Part shown: positions 27,300 to 40,189 of the stretch, piece after piece
Position numbering within the stretch: the first letter of the stretch is position 1
How the letters are laid out: every line of letters starts with the position of its first letter
Source: Octopus sinensis
Taxonomy: Eukaryota
Direction: 5' to 3'
DNA: 64,000 nucleotides
Assembly: GCF_006345805.1 (NCBI RefSeq)
Contig: NC_043007.1
Location: forward strand, 42,594,001-42,658,000
Program-made: the position numbers and the translations under genes
Notes under the pieces: model-generated
Databases searched by the model: none
What the model saw: the letters and a program-made list of their open reading frames with translations, nothing else
Told to the model about the DNA's origin: nothing

Positions 27300-27625
27300 A
27301 AAAAGACTCCGCCGGTTACGACGACGAGGGTCCCAGCTGATACGATCAACGGAACAGCTTGCTCGTGAAATTAACGTGCAAATGGCTGAGCATTCCACAG
27401 ACACGTGTACCCTTAACGTAGTTCTCGGGGATAATCAGCGTGACACAGAGAGTGACAAGGCTGACCCTTTGAAATACAAGTACAACTCATTTTTGCCAGC
27501 TGAGTGGACTGGAGCAACGTGAAATAAAGTGTCTTGCTCAAAGACACAACGCGTCGCCGGGAATCGAACTCACAACCTTACGATCATGAGCCGAATGCCC
27601 TAACCACTAAGCCACGCGCCCTCAC
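27300..27625 (-). mobile_element. tRNA-derived SINE, family F (CORE/V-like central block)
   Basis: Minus strand: A-box TGGCTTAGTGG, B-box GTTCGATTCC, then TGTGTCTTTGAGCAAGACACTTTA...CCAGTCCACTCAGCTG. Its 3' part recurs at 63862-64000. Confidence 0.85.
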
Positions 27626-28016
27626 CATTATAGAATATAGTATTCGTTTAGTTGGGCGTCTCTAGACAGCTTCCTGTAGATCGATATCGTGGACAAAATG
27701 ACTTAATCAGTAAAACAACGAGCAAAATACGTGATATTTGATTATGTTTTGAGTTCGAATCCTGCTCAGGTTGATTTTGCCTTTCATCTTTCTGAGGTTG
27801 CATAAAATCCAACACCGGTCAAGCAACTAGAGTCGATATAATCGAATATGCCCTTGAAGATGACACACCAGCATATATGATTTTCATTCATGCCTGCCTA
27901 CACACGCGCGTGCGCGTACTTTTGTTGGTAAGTACATTATATGAATAAATATAAATACATCTACATAAACTGGTATGTATGTGTACACCCATACTAACAT
28001 ATGCACTGCAAGTATT

Positions 28017-28053
<37 letters not shown>

Positions 28054-28329
28054 CCTATTCAAACACGATAAACACAAAACCATATAAATGAAAATACACA
28101 CAGAAATGAACACACACAAACACAAATAATATACATACACACAACGCATACATACATAGTTACACAAACAGGCAAACGTACAAGCAAAATCAAACGCATG
28201 AACACACACACACACACACTAACACATAAACTCACATGTACAACAAAATTGTCACGTTCACAAACACGCACACACATAACATACATACACACACACGCAC
28301 ACACATACATCTCACTCACCAAATTCACT

Positions 28330-28600
28330 TACACATATGTATGTACGTATATTACTTGTACTGAGACGTTGCTGCCCGAATTTACAGGTTAAAATACAAT
28401 ACAGAGATGATAGCATAAAACTACTACAAATAAAAAGCCTAAAAGCTGTAAATCAATAACTTCTTTAAAAAAAAAAAAAAGTAAACGAATGAAATGCGTA
28501 ATAAAAAAAAAGAAAAACAACCCAATAGGTAAACTTTAATTAGTGTGAACGAAAAAAGTGAAAGATAGTGGGGGCGGTCGTTGATTGTATTCTGTGTATA
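28330..28600 (-). promoter_or_regulatory. Candidate promoter / non-coding first exon, possibly of AFTPH
   Basis: CpG-retaining zone with CCAAT (~28522) and GGGGCGG (~28570). Minus-strand donor-like sites GTAATA (28355-28350) and GTAAGT (28332-28327) lie downstream. No transcript evidence. Confidence 0.25.
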
Positions 28601-28859
28601 CTAGTGTGACATATGGCAGGAACAGTAGTATTCTAACAGCTGAAGGCAAATGGAGGCAAACTTGACTGAAATGTTTACTGACGATGTAGTTGTTATTATT
28701 ATTATTATTCATGAGAGAAAAAGGTGAAACAATTAGATCAATGGGTGCAGTTTGGAAATACCTATTACCACTTCATAGGGGAAAGAAAATAGTACGAAAT
28801 GGGGTTGAAGAATGTAAAAAAATACGAAGTTTTAAACACCAACTGTTGGATTCTTTATA

Positions 28860-29239
28860 ACAGACACATGCATGCATACATACATACATACCTAAACACA
28901 CACACATATACATAGCTATACATACATATAAACACACACATTATACGTATATGTATATATACACACATACATATATATATATATATACACACACACATAT
29001 ATATATATACACACACACATATATATATATACACACACACATATATATATATACACACACACATATATATATACACACACACATATATATATATACACAC
29101 ACACATATATATATATACACACACACATATATATATACACACACATATATATATACACACATATATATACACACACATATATATACACACACACATACAT
29201 ATCTATATGCAAACATATATACATATATATATATATATA
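28860..29239. repeat. Compound (TA)n(CA)n satellite
   Basis: About 20-bp TATATATATACACACACACA-type units; source of several spurious YI/VC ORFs. Confidence 0.95.
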
Positions 29240-29330
29240 CTAGCAGCATAGCCCGGCGTTGCCCGGGTATGTAAGAGCCCCTAGTAGGCAACGACTAATC
29301 CCAATCTAGTCCTTTCCCTCTAGGGAACGA
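29240..29330 (-). mobile_element. Helitron 3' end (5' limit not determined)
   Basis: Minus strand: palindrome CCCGGGCAACGCCGGG about 10 nt before terminal CTAG, followed by T of a (TA)n tract. Confidence 0.6.
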
Positions 29331-29854
29331 AGGCGCATGTGTAGCTTGCAATGTCTTCTCACTTTAAAGGGGAAAATGCCTTTCAACTAGTTTATGTGGA
29401 TATAAAAATCAGGAAGAATCATCAATATATAGTGGATGGATAACACACACATATATATAATTTCAAAATTCCTGTTGTATGTACTAAACCAAAGCTAAAA
29501 ATATGAAAGGTGAAAAAAAAATTCATGTCCTCTTCCTTTCTGCACGAGTTAGGGATGACTATTCCTAAACTGCACCAATCTATAAATGATAAACAAAAGT
29601 GTGTCAAAGGGCTATGACAAAGTATAACTCATAGAGCAAATTGATTGATCTGATCATTCGATGAACGAAATAAAAATAATAAAGATACAGTCAGTCAGTC
29701 AATAAATGTGTCAAAAAGTAATCTAGCAAGCAGTACTGGAATTGTCCTTTAGCAATCAGGAATACTCTGTCAAATGTAATGCTTATTCATTCACGTTGCT
29801 TTCAATTAATTATGCATTATTATTGTAGTTTTAAGTGTTTGATGATGTACTCTC

Positions 29855-30215
29855 TCTTTTACTTGTTTCAGTCATTTGACTGCGGCCATGCTGGAGCACC
29901 GCCTTTAATCGAGCAATTCAACCCCAGGACTTATTCTTTTGTAAGCCCAGTACTTATTCTATCGGTCTCTTTTGCCGAACCGCTAAGGGATGGGGATGTA
30001 AACACACCAGCATCGGTTGTCAAGCAATGCTAGGGGGACAAACACAGACACACAAACACACACACATGCACATATATATATATACGACGGGCTTCTTTCA
30101 GTTGGTCCGAGGCTATAGTAGAAGACACTTGCCCAAGGTGCCACGCAGTGGGACTGAACCCGGAACCATGTGGTTGGTAAACAAACTACTTACCACACAG
30201 CCACTCCTGCACCTA
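29855..30215 (-). mobile_element. Family B SINE
   Basis: Reverse-complement copy of 5115-5476, with part of the middle deleted. Confidence 0.85.
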
Positions 30216-31887
30216 TGGTAATTTATGTGGTAATTTATTTTTAGAATGACACTGAAGGATAGGTGTGAGAGGCCAGATTTGCCCAGTTTGAACATAAAGC
30301 AGGTATGGCCAGTTTAAATGCTAAGGGGATAAATATGTGTACCAGTAATATAAGTTGTTCTAATAGCTAAGTAGAAAATACAACTTTCTTAAATAAAAAG
30401 GATATTGGGGCTAGAAAAGAAATCATACATCATTTATTTATACATTAATCAAATGAATACACACCTAGATATGGTGTATGTGTGAATATATGTGTGCATG
30501 TGAGTATACATCTGTGTACCTTCAAACATAAGTAGGAAGTAAATATACATACATACATGTGTGTGTATATGTGTATATGTGTGCATGTGTGAGTATGTGT
30601 GTGTGCAAGGTATATATTGAATTTGACATGCTCTACTGATAAAGTGCCAAGGAAAGAAGAAAAAACACCAAATTAAAGTAGATACATAGTATAATAAGGC
30701 AGTGTAAATAGTGATTACATGTCTGTGAATGCAGGTGATTGCATGTGTATGCATGCACATGCGCATGTAGTAACAGAGATGTGTTCATACCACAGAATGT
30801 TTGTGTCCATAAATGAAAACAGAGATGTGTGTATGCGTACAAAACCAATAAAGGTAATGTTATATGTATGCAAAAACACCAGTAAAAGAAGTGTGTGTGT
30901 GTGTGTACTAGCAGCAGTGCACTGCAGTCATCAGTACATATTGACTAGTCACTGAATGTATATTGGATGATGGCTATATTATTCTGTGTTGAGAGCTATA
31001 TAGCATACAGAGATAGATACAAGAATGTTGTTGAGTATCTATAGTGATACATGATACAGATAAAATCAACTGCTCATTTAAGTAAACATTTCAATCCAAA
31101 AGAAAAATTCAATACCTTCCAATGTCTGACCAAGTAAATAGAATAACGACCATACTATGGTTAACAAGATATAGGTGATTCAGTTCCCTTCAGAAATAAT
31201 TATTCATTCCTGTTTACATAATTATTATCATTATTTTTACATCAGCTTTCCATGTTGTCATGAGTTGGATGGCTAGGTAGGATCCAACAGGCCAGAGAAC
31301 CACATCTTATTCCAGCGCTTTAGTTTTGCTATGGTTTCTATAGCTGGATGCCCTTCTGAGCACCAACTACTTTACAGAGTGCATTAGGTTGGTGTGTTTT
31401 TCTTTTTAAAGGCAATTTCACCAGCATTAGTGAGGTTGCTGCATAACTCACAAGACTAAAGACCTTCTTCATCTGAGAGGGAGAATAGGCAATAGAATAG
31501 CCACTTTATGTTAGGTTACTATATGATGAGAGGAGTCAGAACAGGTTTGTTGCAGAGAAGATTCACAGTTACTTCACATTTTACATAAGTGAATGAAGGT
31601 GACAGGAGAGGTGCCACAAAGTAATGTCGTGATGATCAGGTGCCAAAGCAAACCCACAAGTGTTTGCTCTGACATGTCCAAGAAGGTGACAGAAGAGAGC
31701 ATAGAGACAAGAATCAGCAAGAGTGGGAAATGTTGCAAGAGTATAATGGGAGAGTGGAAGACAATAAATATGAGTGAATGAACGATAAGAATTATGGGTC
31801 GATGTCAATTAGGAATAGATCAGAGGTGAGAAAATGGTGACTGGCAGTACAAAAATGATATGAAATGGTTTGTAATGTATATATGTA

Positions 31888-31951
<64 letters not shown>

Positions 31952-31987
31952 CATACACACACACACACACATATATAAATAATAAAA

Positions 31988-32290
31988 GCAGGAATGGTTG
32001 TGCAGTAAGAAGTTTGCTTCCCAACCACATGGTTCCAGGCTCAGTCCCACTACAAGACACCTTAGGCAAGTGTCTTCAATTATAGCCTCAGGCCAACCAA
32101 AGCCTTGTGAGGATTTGGTAGACAGAAACTGAAAGAAGTCCACCATATGTGTGTGTGTTTGTCCTCCCACCCATCACTGCTTGACAACAGTTGTTGGTAT
32201 GTTTACGTCCCTGATTCTAGAGTAAATTTATTTGACTAAAACCCTTCAAGGCAGTGCTCCAGCATGGCCGCAGTCAAATGACTGAAAGAA
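31988..32290 (+). mobile_element. Family B SINE
   Basis: Head GGTTCCAGGCTCAGTCCCACT, tail CAGCATGGCCGCAGTCAAATGACTGAAAG. Confidence 0.8.
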
Positions 32291-32307
32291 TAATATATAT
32301 ATATATA

Positions 32308-33179
32308 CGAGATCTGATGAATAAGTATCCGGACTGGTGCTATAAAAACAAAACTACAACACATACCAATTTGACATTTAATCTCGTTCAAAGTAGTCTC
32401 CTTCGGAAGCCACACACTTAATCCAGCACTGTTTCAATCAATGGAAACATTCCTGGAATTCATTTTCTGGGATAATCAGCAGATGCCTTGTCGCATTCAC
32501 TTTGATTTCCTTGGCATCCTAAAATCTTCTTCCTTTCAAGCAGGATTTGATTTTTTGGAAAAAGGAAAAAGTCACAAGGGGCAAGATCTGGGGGATACAG
32601 TTTCTGTCAGACCTGGGGAATGCTGTGCCTAGCCAAAAACTGCTACACAAGTCGCGCTGAACGGGCAAGTGCATTGTCAGCTGAAAGCAGTTTTGCCACA
32701 AACTTGGCAGACATGCATCTCATACCCAAATCTTCATTGAGAATGGACTGAACTGAACTGTAACTAATTTGCACATCCTCTGATAACTCACAGATGGTGA
32801 CTTGAAGATTTCCCCTCACAGCTGCATGCACATCTGCAATGTTTTTCTCAGTTCTGTTGGTTGCAGGTCTCCCAGAACGGTCATCACAACCGATATTTTT
32901 TCAGTTCATACACTCCTCTCCATAGACTTTCTGCAGCATCGCATAGGCCTCTGAGCAAGTACTGCCAAGCTTTTGGCAAAATTTGATACAGATTCATGGT
33001 CAATGTGATGATCACACGCTACACACATTCCTTCCAAGCACTGCTGTACACAATAGAAGTGAGCTAGGACATTAAAACAATGCACATGCACAGCAGAGTT
33101 CAAGGTCAATCTGTACCAAACAGCTTCACTCTGCTTTATTACTATGGCAACTGTCCGGATACTTATTGATGAGACCACA
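32308..33179 (-). mobile_element. Internally deleted mariner transposon (872 bp) with both TIRs and TA TSD
   Basis: TIR+TA: TACGAGATCTGATGAATAAGTATCCGGAC vs reverse complement TATGTGGTCTCATCAATAAGTATCCGGAC (24/29). Minus-strand peptides VTICELSEDVQISYSSVQSILNEDLGMRCMSAKFVAKLLS (second HTH to linker) and YPPDLAPCDFFLFPK (YSPDLAP motif). Confidence 0.9.
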
Positions 33180-33206
33180 TATATATATATATATATATAT
33201 ATATAC

Positions 33207-33525
33207 ACTCTTTACTCTTTAACTTGTTTCAGTCATTTGACTGCAGCCATGTCAGAGCACTGTTTTAAAAGGGTTTTTTTGTTGAAGAAATTGACCCCCA
33301 GGACTTTCTAAAGCAAGTACTTATTCTATCAGTGTCTTTTGTTGACCTGATAAGTTACGGGGACATAAACACCCCAGCACTGGTTGTGAAGCAGTGGCAG
33401 GGGGACAAGCACAGACACAAACATGACAGGCTTCTTTCAGTTTCCATCTACCAAATCCACTCACAGGGCTTTGGTCGGCCTGGAGCAATAGAAAAAGACA
33501 CTTTCCCAAGGTGCCACCCAGTGGT
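33207..33525 (-). mobile_element. Family B SINE
   Basis: CTCTTTTACTCTTTAACTTGTTTCAGTCATTTGACTGCAGCCATG tail in reverse orientation. Confidence 0.8.
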
Positions 33526-35046
33526 ACTTAATATTATTTAAAGACAAAGTACTCAATACATAGTAGTAGAGTGGATGTATTTATTTGAAAAAACAATGAT
33601 TCTTACAAGATGAGCCCCATTTCCTTCACTAACTGAAAGTGTCATGGCTTTATACACACACACACACACACGGACATATACATATGGTTATACTATTTTA
33701 GGCTGAAGCTATTTGCATCCAAGTTTCACAATTGAAGAAGAGAAACTGTGTCACAATATACAAGCATTACAATATACAAGCAAAAATGTTTGTAAATACA
33801 TTGGGGCATAATTAGTCATCAAGATCCAATTGATTGCCAGTAAAAAAAAAATTAGAAAATGCATAAAATACACAAAGCATTGTTGGAGCAATTTAATGTG
33901 ACGATCTTTCAGAATCTGGTTAATCTATTGTGTACGAAATAAACTATCTCAGCCAGTTGGTATTTGGAAATTCCTTGATAAATATTGATGAATGTGTCTG
34001 AAAGAATTTGCTAACTGCAATCTTTTGTTCAAAATTGCAAAAGGAAAAGATTGTTATAGAATGAAGACAAAGACCACACCTTCCAGAATCATTAATGTAG
34101 AGCGGAGCAATAAATTTTATAATTATTAATATTATCATCCTTTAAATGCCAAATATATCTGGAAAGTGAGGTGGCAAGTTATCTTTCTAAGTATCAGAAT
34201 GAATATATATGTTGTGAGAAGCCTATATAACTTTTCTGGTTTTGTTTTCAATGGACTGTTCATTTTGAATTACCATACAATGGCTGCTGTTAAGGAGTTC
34301 CTCAATATATTCAAAAAGTTAGATTTATAGTTCACAGTAGATATGAATCTAAATATAGTTAGATATAACTCTAGATTTAGGTACTTGTAAAAACTGCCCC
34401 TACAGTAAATCTAATGAGAAAGTGCAGCATAATGGAATAAATTCCATCCTCCACTACCTACAACAAGCCTTAAAAACTTGGTAAATAATATTGGATAACC
34501 AGTTTAATTTGAAGAATCCTTTAACTGTGCTTTTATTTTTACAATGAGGTAAATGTTACCAATGAAAGAAAAAAGATATCTATTATTGTTTTTATATACA
34601 CCCACACTAAAACCTCTAGGTGATTGCACACAGTATTAAAAACAGCAAACCCAGACTCTAAAATCACACTCCACAATCTTAAAAAATAGGAAACTCATTG
34701 GATAATGAATGTAGTTATACATACTAATAAGAGGTGTGGTCAAAGCTGAAATACCTTCAATCACAGATTTCTTTTGTCAGGGCTGACATCAGACTAAACA
34801 ACAACACCCATACAATAGTGCTACTGTATGAATATATGATATGATCTTTTTCGTAAATGTATGCTTTTGAGTTAGTATTTGTGTACAGTGAGATAATTGA
34901 AGATGAAACTGATTGAACCCTGTGATAGATAACTGCAACTAATATTTTATTAAGTATGTATTGATAATGGTAGGTCTTCCTGACTTAGTTGATTAGGTGG
35001 TGAAAAGACTAACATAGACAGTATAATGTGTGTTTGAAATCCCCCC

Positions 35047-35108
<62 letters not shown>

Positions 35109-35552
35109 TATCATCATCATCGTTTAGCGTCCGTTTTCCATGCTAGCATGGGTTGGACGGTTCTACTGGGGTCTGTGAAGCCAGAAGGCTTCATCAGGCC
35201 CAGTCAAATCTGGCAGTGTTTCTACGGCTGGATGCCCTTCCTAACACCAACCACTCCGTGAGTGTAGTGGGTGCTTTTTACGTGCCACCCACACAGGTGC
35301 CAGACAGAGCTGGCAAACGGCCACGAACGGATGGTGCTTTTTATTTGCCACCGGCACGGGGGCCAGGCGAGGCTGGCAACAGACACGAACAGATGGTGCT
35401 TTTTACATGCCACCGGCACGAGGCCAGTCGGGGCGGCGATGGTAACGGAAGGTTCTCTTACATGCCACTGGCACTGGTAACACATCTGCAATTTCCATTC
35501 ATCGATTTCGATTCTGATCCTCACTTGCCTCAACAGGTCTTCACAAGTAGAG
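35109..35552 (-). mobile_element. Family C retroelement
   Basis: Near-identical reverse complement of 9233-9655. Confidence 0.85.
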
Positions 35553-35599
35553 GTCTTCACACACACACACACTATATATATATATATATATATATATAT

Positions 35600-36716
35600 C
35601 GGAAGGTTTGGAGATGATGTACAGGTATTATATATTAGAAAAATTGAGGTAATCAGATCAGATGGTTCATATTTGTAGATATTTATTTATATATTACATT
35701 TTTTACATATATATCATATCATTCGGATTAGCGCTTGCTCCCATTCTAGTGGGTTTTCAAATCAAATCAGTTGTGGGTAGTTTGAACCTTTTTATAGTTT
35801 CGTAGTAGTGGGTGAGGAGGAAGTGAGACAGAGAGAAAATATGTGTGTATGTGTGTGTGTGTGTGTGTGGTGTGTGTGTGTGTGTGCGTGTGTGTGTGTG
35901 TGTGCGCGCATTTATATCTGAGAGTGAAGAAGTGTTATTTCCGTTGGTCTGCTGGACCCCCTGTGGTTTTATAAGAACTTTGGCCGTCCATTTCAATGTC
36001 ACTGAGTGTGTGTTGTGCATAGGTTGGCCTGGCAAATGTCATTTGGGATCACACTTTCTATGATCATTCTGTGGAGGTGTGTGTGGTGTGTGTCTCTGTG
36101 TGTCTGTGTGTGTTTTTGTGTGTGTGTGTGTGTGTGTGTGCGTGTGTGTGTGTGTGTGCGCGCATTTATATCTGAGAGTGAAGAAGTGTTATTTCCGTTG
36201 GTCTGCTGGACCCCCTGTGGTTTTATAAGAACTTTGGCCGTCCATTTCAATGTCACTGAGTGTGTGTTGTGCATAGGTTGGCCTGGCAAATGTCATTTGG
36301 GATCACACTTTCTATGATCATTCTGTGGAGGTGTGTGTGTGTGTGTGTCTCTGTGTGTCTGTGTGTGTTTTTGTGTGTGTGTGTGTGTGTGTTTGTGTGT
36401 GTATGTGTGTGTGTGTCTGTGTGTTTGGAGAAGGGGAGAGAGACAAAAAGAGAAAAGGGAAAATAAAAATAATAATAATAAAAATAAAAAATTAAAAAAA
36501 TTAAAAAAATAAAATAAAATAAAATAAACTTCCTCCTCACCCACTACTACGAAACTATAAAAAGGTTCAAACTACCCACAACTGATTTGATTTGAAAACC
36601 CACTAGAATGGGAGCAAGCGCTAATCCGAATGATATGATATATATGTAAAAAATGTAATATATAAATAAATATCTACAAATATGAACCATCTGATCTGAT
36701 TACCTCAATTTTTCTA

Positions 36717-36723
<7 letters not shown>
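35600..36723. repeat. Perfect 196-bp inverted repeat (35629-35824 / 36528-36723) enclosing a 254-bp-period tandem duplication
   Basis: Arms are exact reverse complements by eye. Identical 174-bp cores at 35904-36077 and 36158-36331 are separated by (TG)n. A-rich tract at about 36460-36527; (TA)n on both outer sides. Confidence 0.9.
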
Positions 36724-36787
<64 letters not shown>

Positions 36788-37677
36788 GTATGAACAGGCA
36801 AACAATTAGTATCAGTTTAGATCATGACAAAAATTTAAACATAATTGCTGAATTGTTACAATAGAATATATCATAAGAAATAAGGAAGTAAGGTGTGACA
36901 ATAGTCTCATACAGCTGTTTCAGGTATAGCTGTGCATATGGTGCTTTTTTCCCTGATAAGATAAGCATTTAACAGCATTCTATTCCATCTTTTTAATTCC
37001 TTACTTATTATGATTTATTATACTGTAACAACTGAGCAATTATGTTTAAATATATAAATGCCATGTTCTAAATTGATGCTAGTTGTATGCCTATCCATAC
37101 GTTCATTCTACTGTACCAGCTCAATGATAAACCACTGGTAGCCATTCATTGCTAGGCTGCTGCGGTTTTAGTTGCGGTTCAAAAGTCAACTTGAGCACTT
37201 CTGTACCTATCAGTACCTCATTAGATGCAATATTACCCGAATTCTGTAAATATAAGATTCAGAACATACAGCTAACCGACAATTTCTAGAGTATAACCAG
37301 AGTATCATCAGAGGTAAATAAACAACCAGCTGGAGGTCTATATGTAAATTAATATATAGTTTACTTTTAAAATGTATTCAGTTTCTTTCTAAAGTGAAGT
37401 TGATTGTTTGATATAGAGTATCATGTGTGTGTGCGAGAGAGAGAGTATGTGGAGGAAAAGGCACAATTCTTCATATAGTGACTGAGCAGTTTTAGCACTG
37501 TTGAGAATCGTAAGACTATTCGACAATTTCCAACAAAAATGAAATTGCAAGTAAGAACTGTACCCCTAATTACCTCGATAACAATCCTATACTCTGCACA
37601 TGTACAGAGTATCATATGAGCATACGCATGTATTTGTGTATAAGGAAGCAGAGAGGGAAGTTATAATCATATATATA

Positions 37678-37709
<32 letters not shown>

Positions 37710-37792
37710 GTTTGTATTCCACTTGCCTTCGTCTTTTGTTTATTTCCGTAAACCTGCCTTCGTCTTTTGTCTATTTTCATAAAGCTTCCCGT

Positions 37793-37834
<42 letters not shown>

Positions 37835-39234
37835 ATATTGAAAGAAGTGCGGATATTGACTACTAGTCAATGTATATATGTAAACGTGTAAGCTATAATT
37901 TGATAAAGCTAAATTTGCGCGCATACGCACATGCACTAATAGTAAATGTTGACAAAAATGGACGGTTTTTGTTGTTTTTTTTTCTTTTTACTAAAAACTG
38001 TCATCTTTAGTTTTATATCTTATGAGCTACCTCCTTCATAAATACCCATATAGAAACATATTCACAAGTATATAGGGATTCTTTGTTGAGAGAGTGTTTG
38101 TCGTCGTCTTCGATGTTGATTTTTAGCCCCAATTCAACCCTGATCGTGAAACTGACTCATTTATAGATGGGAGTTTGCTTGACCAGGAATTTCATCAGCT
38201 GTAAGCTTAAATAACTTAACGATGGCTTCCAAACCTTGTCTAGTTGACACGATAAGATAGATTATTTATTTATTTATAACATAGCTTCCTGAAACTAAAG
38301 ACAAAACAGCCGACATTTCAAAATCAACTTTTCAAAGAACGAACCACAAAGCCAACAACCACTTTATAAAGTTAAGTCAGATATACTTAGGCATTACCTG
38401 CGTGTAGAACAAAAAAGTTTAGTCAATATTAAGAAATGGAGCTACTACTTACTAATAGCGTTATAGCCTCACCTATCGTGCTATGAACTTAAAGGTAGTC
38501 ATTTACCTACATTAACACCACCACCACCACCACCACTAGGTGTGTACTAATTGTTTGGTGTTTAGACTGACAATTTCTTTATAAAGAATCCAGAGTAAAA
38601 AATAAAAAGGTGAGCTTAACTGATGTGTAATATAAATATTAACAAAAACACCTTCAAAGTCTAGAACTAAGTCTTTCAATGTGTCCCCTATTTGTTTGTT
38701 TAGGGATTTGGGGGATAAGGCTGAAGGTTGTGAATTGTTGGACATGTGACTGCTATTTCTAACAGGTCTATATAAACACAACTTACTGGCTCGATTACTG
38801 CTTGTTATTGACGATGAGGGTGATGCTGCTGATGATGACAACGGTCTTAATTGAACAAACTTATCAAAAGACGTCCCGGTATATCAGTGATTACATCATA
38901 GTCTGATGTATCTGCCACCACCCACATTTTTTTTTTCAAACAACAACGTGCGAGTTTTGGCTTCTATTTCTAGCAGGTCGGTTCACTGCGTAGAGGCGCC
39001 CTTCGCTGTCTTGTGGACGTTGATGATGCTAGACGTTGACAGCAACTAGTTACCTATATTTCATCAGGTGAACCGCCCAACAAAAAGACCGACAGAGGAA
39101 GATAGGCATACAAAAGGGATTAGTGGTATTTTGAATTTGAAATCACGACTGATCGATGATATATCAAAGCTGTTATACATACATTTATGTGTCTAGGCAA
39201 GTAAAAAGGTATAGATGTGTGTGTGTGTGTGGTG

Positions 39235-39265
<31 letters not shown>

Positions 39266-39349
39266 TGTGTGTGTGTGCGCGTGCACACGCCTGCGTGTAC
39301 TTTAATATCTAGTATCCTTGAAATGGACATGTGTGTGTGTATATATATA

Positions 39350-39380
<31 letters not shown>

Positions 39381-39469
39381 AGGTATCAAACTATTGATTT
39401 TAAACAGAGATAGACCTATATACAATCGTCGCTGACTGCAGAAGCTTGACGTCGTGTGTATGTACGTGC

Positions 39470-39502
<33 letters not shown>

Positions 39503-40189
39503 TGTGTGTGTGTGTGTGTGTGTGAGTGTTTACTCAAGTATCCATAGTCAGATGATGGTAGTGGGTCATAATATCGTTAGCAACATGTCACAACATCACT
39601 GATAAAAAAGCCAAATGGCATAATTACAACTGCTGAGTCGTCTAATCAGTGCAAAGATGAACAGGAGCTGGGAATGTAAAACGGTGAGATGTGATGGAGA
39701 TAAGGGAGACTTCAACATATACCATAACAATACAGATTAGAACATCACTATGTTTTGCACTGTCTGTATGTGTGTATGCATGAGGTATGTGTGTGTATGT
39801 ACACAGACATGTATAAATATATACAATATATATATATGCACACATAAACACACACATATATGTTTATATGTATGTTTGTTGTTACATATTTGAATATCTC
39901 TTGATATGAATATGCATGCTCATACACACATACCTTGCATATAAACACACCACATACATCCCATATATAAATGTGTGTGTGTATAAGTATAAATAATTGT
40001 GTCTCAGAAAATTAAAAAAAGGTGGGTTGGAAATAAACAATCTCACTAATTTCTACAGTGATTACTGTAAAATAACAAGGGAAGATACAAAAGTAAAATG
40101 GAAATTCTGCTTGCTAAAACTTTCTGAGAACATCATCAGCATTACTCCTTCAACTAATACTTTGAAATAAATTTTATAACATAATTTAT

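Noticed and set aside
27226-27522. 98-aa plus-strand ORF
   Set aside because: Mostly the antisense of a family F SINE.
27540-27625. tRNA gene-like sequences here and at 45722-45790
   Set aside because: A/B boxes continue into multi-copy SINE bodies; these are SINE heads, not stand-alone tRNAs.
33900-34140. Possible terminal exon DTFINIYQGISKYQLAEIVYFVHNRLTRF* on the minus strand
   Set aside because: No family recognised and no convincing exon chain; left uncalled.
35629-36723. Retrozyme interpretation (tandem ~250-nt units with a hammerhead)
   Set aside because: No CUGAnGA...GAAA core found on either strand of the 174-bp core or the arms.
38536-38841. 101-aa minus ORF with ...DLVLDFEG and a donor-like site
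   Set aside because: Overlaps the antisense of the old family E repeat and GAT/GCT microsatellite; weak donor; no recognisable homologue.
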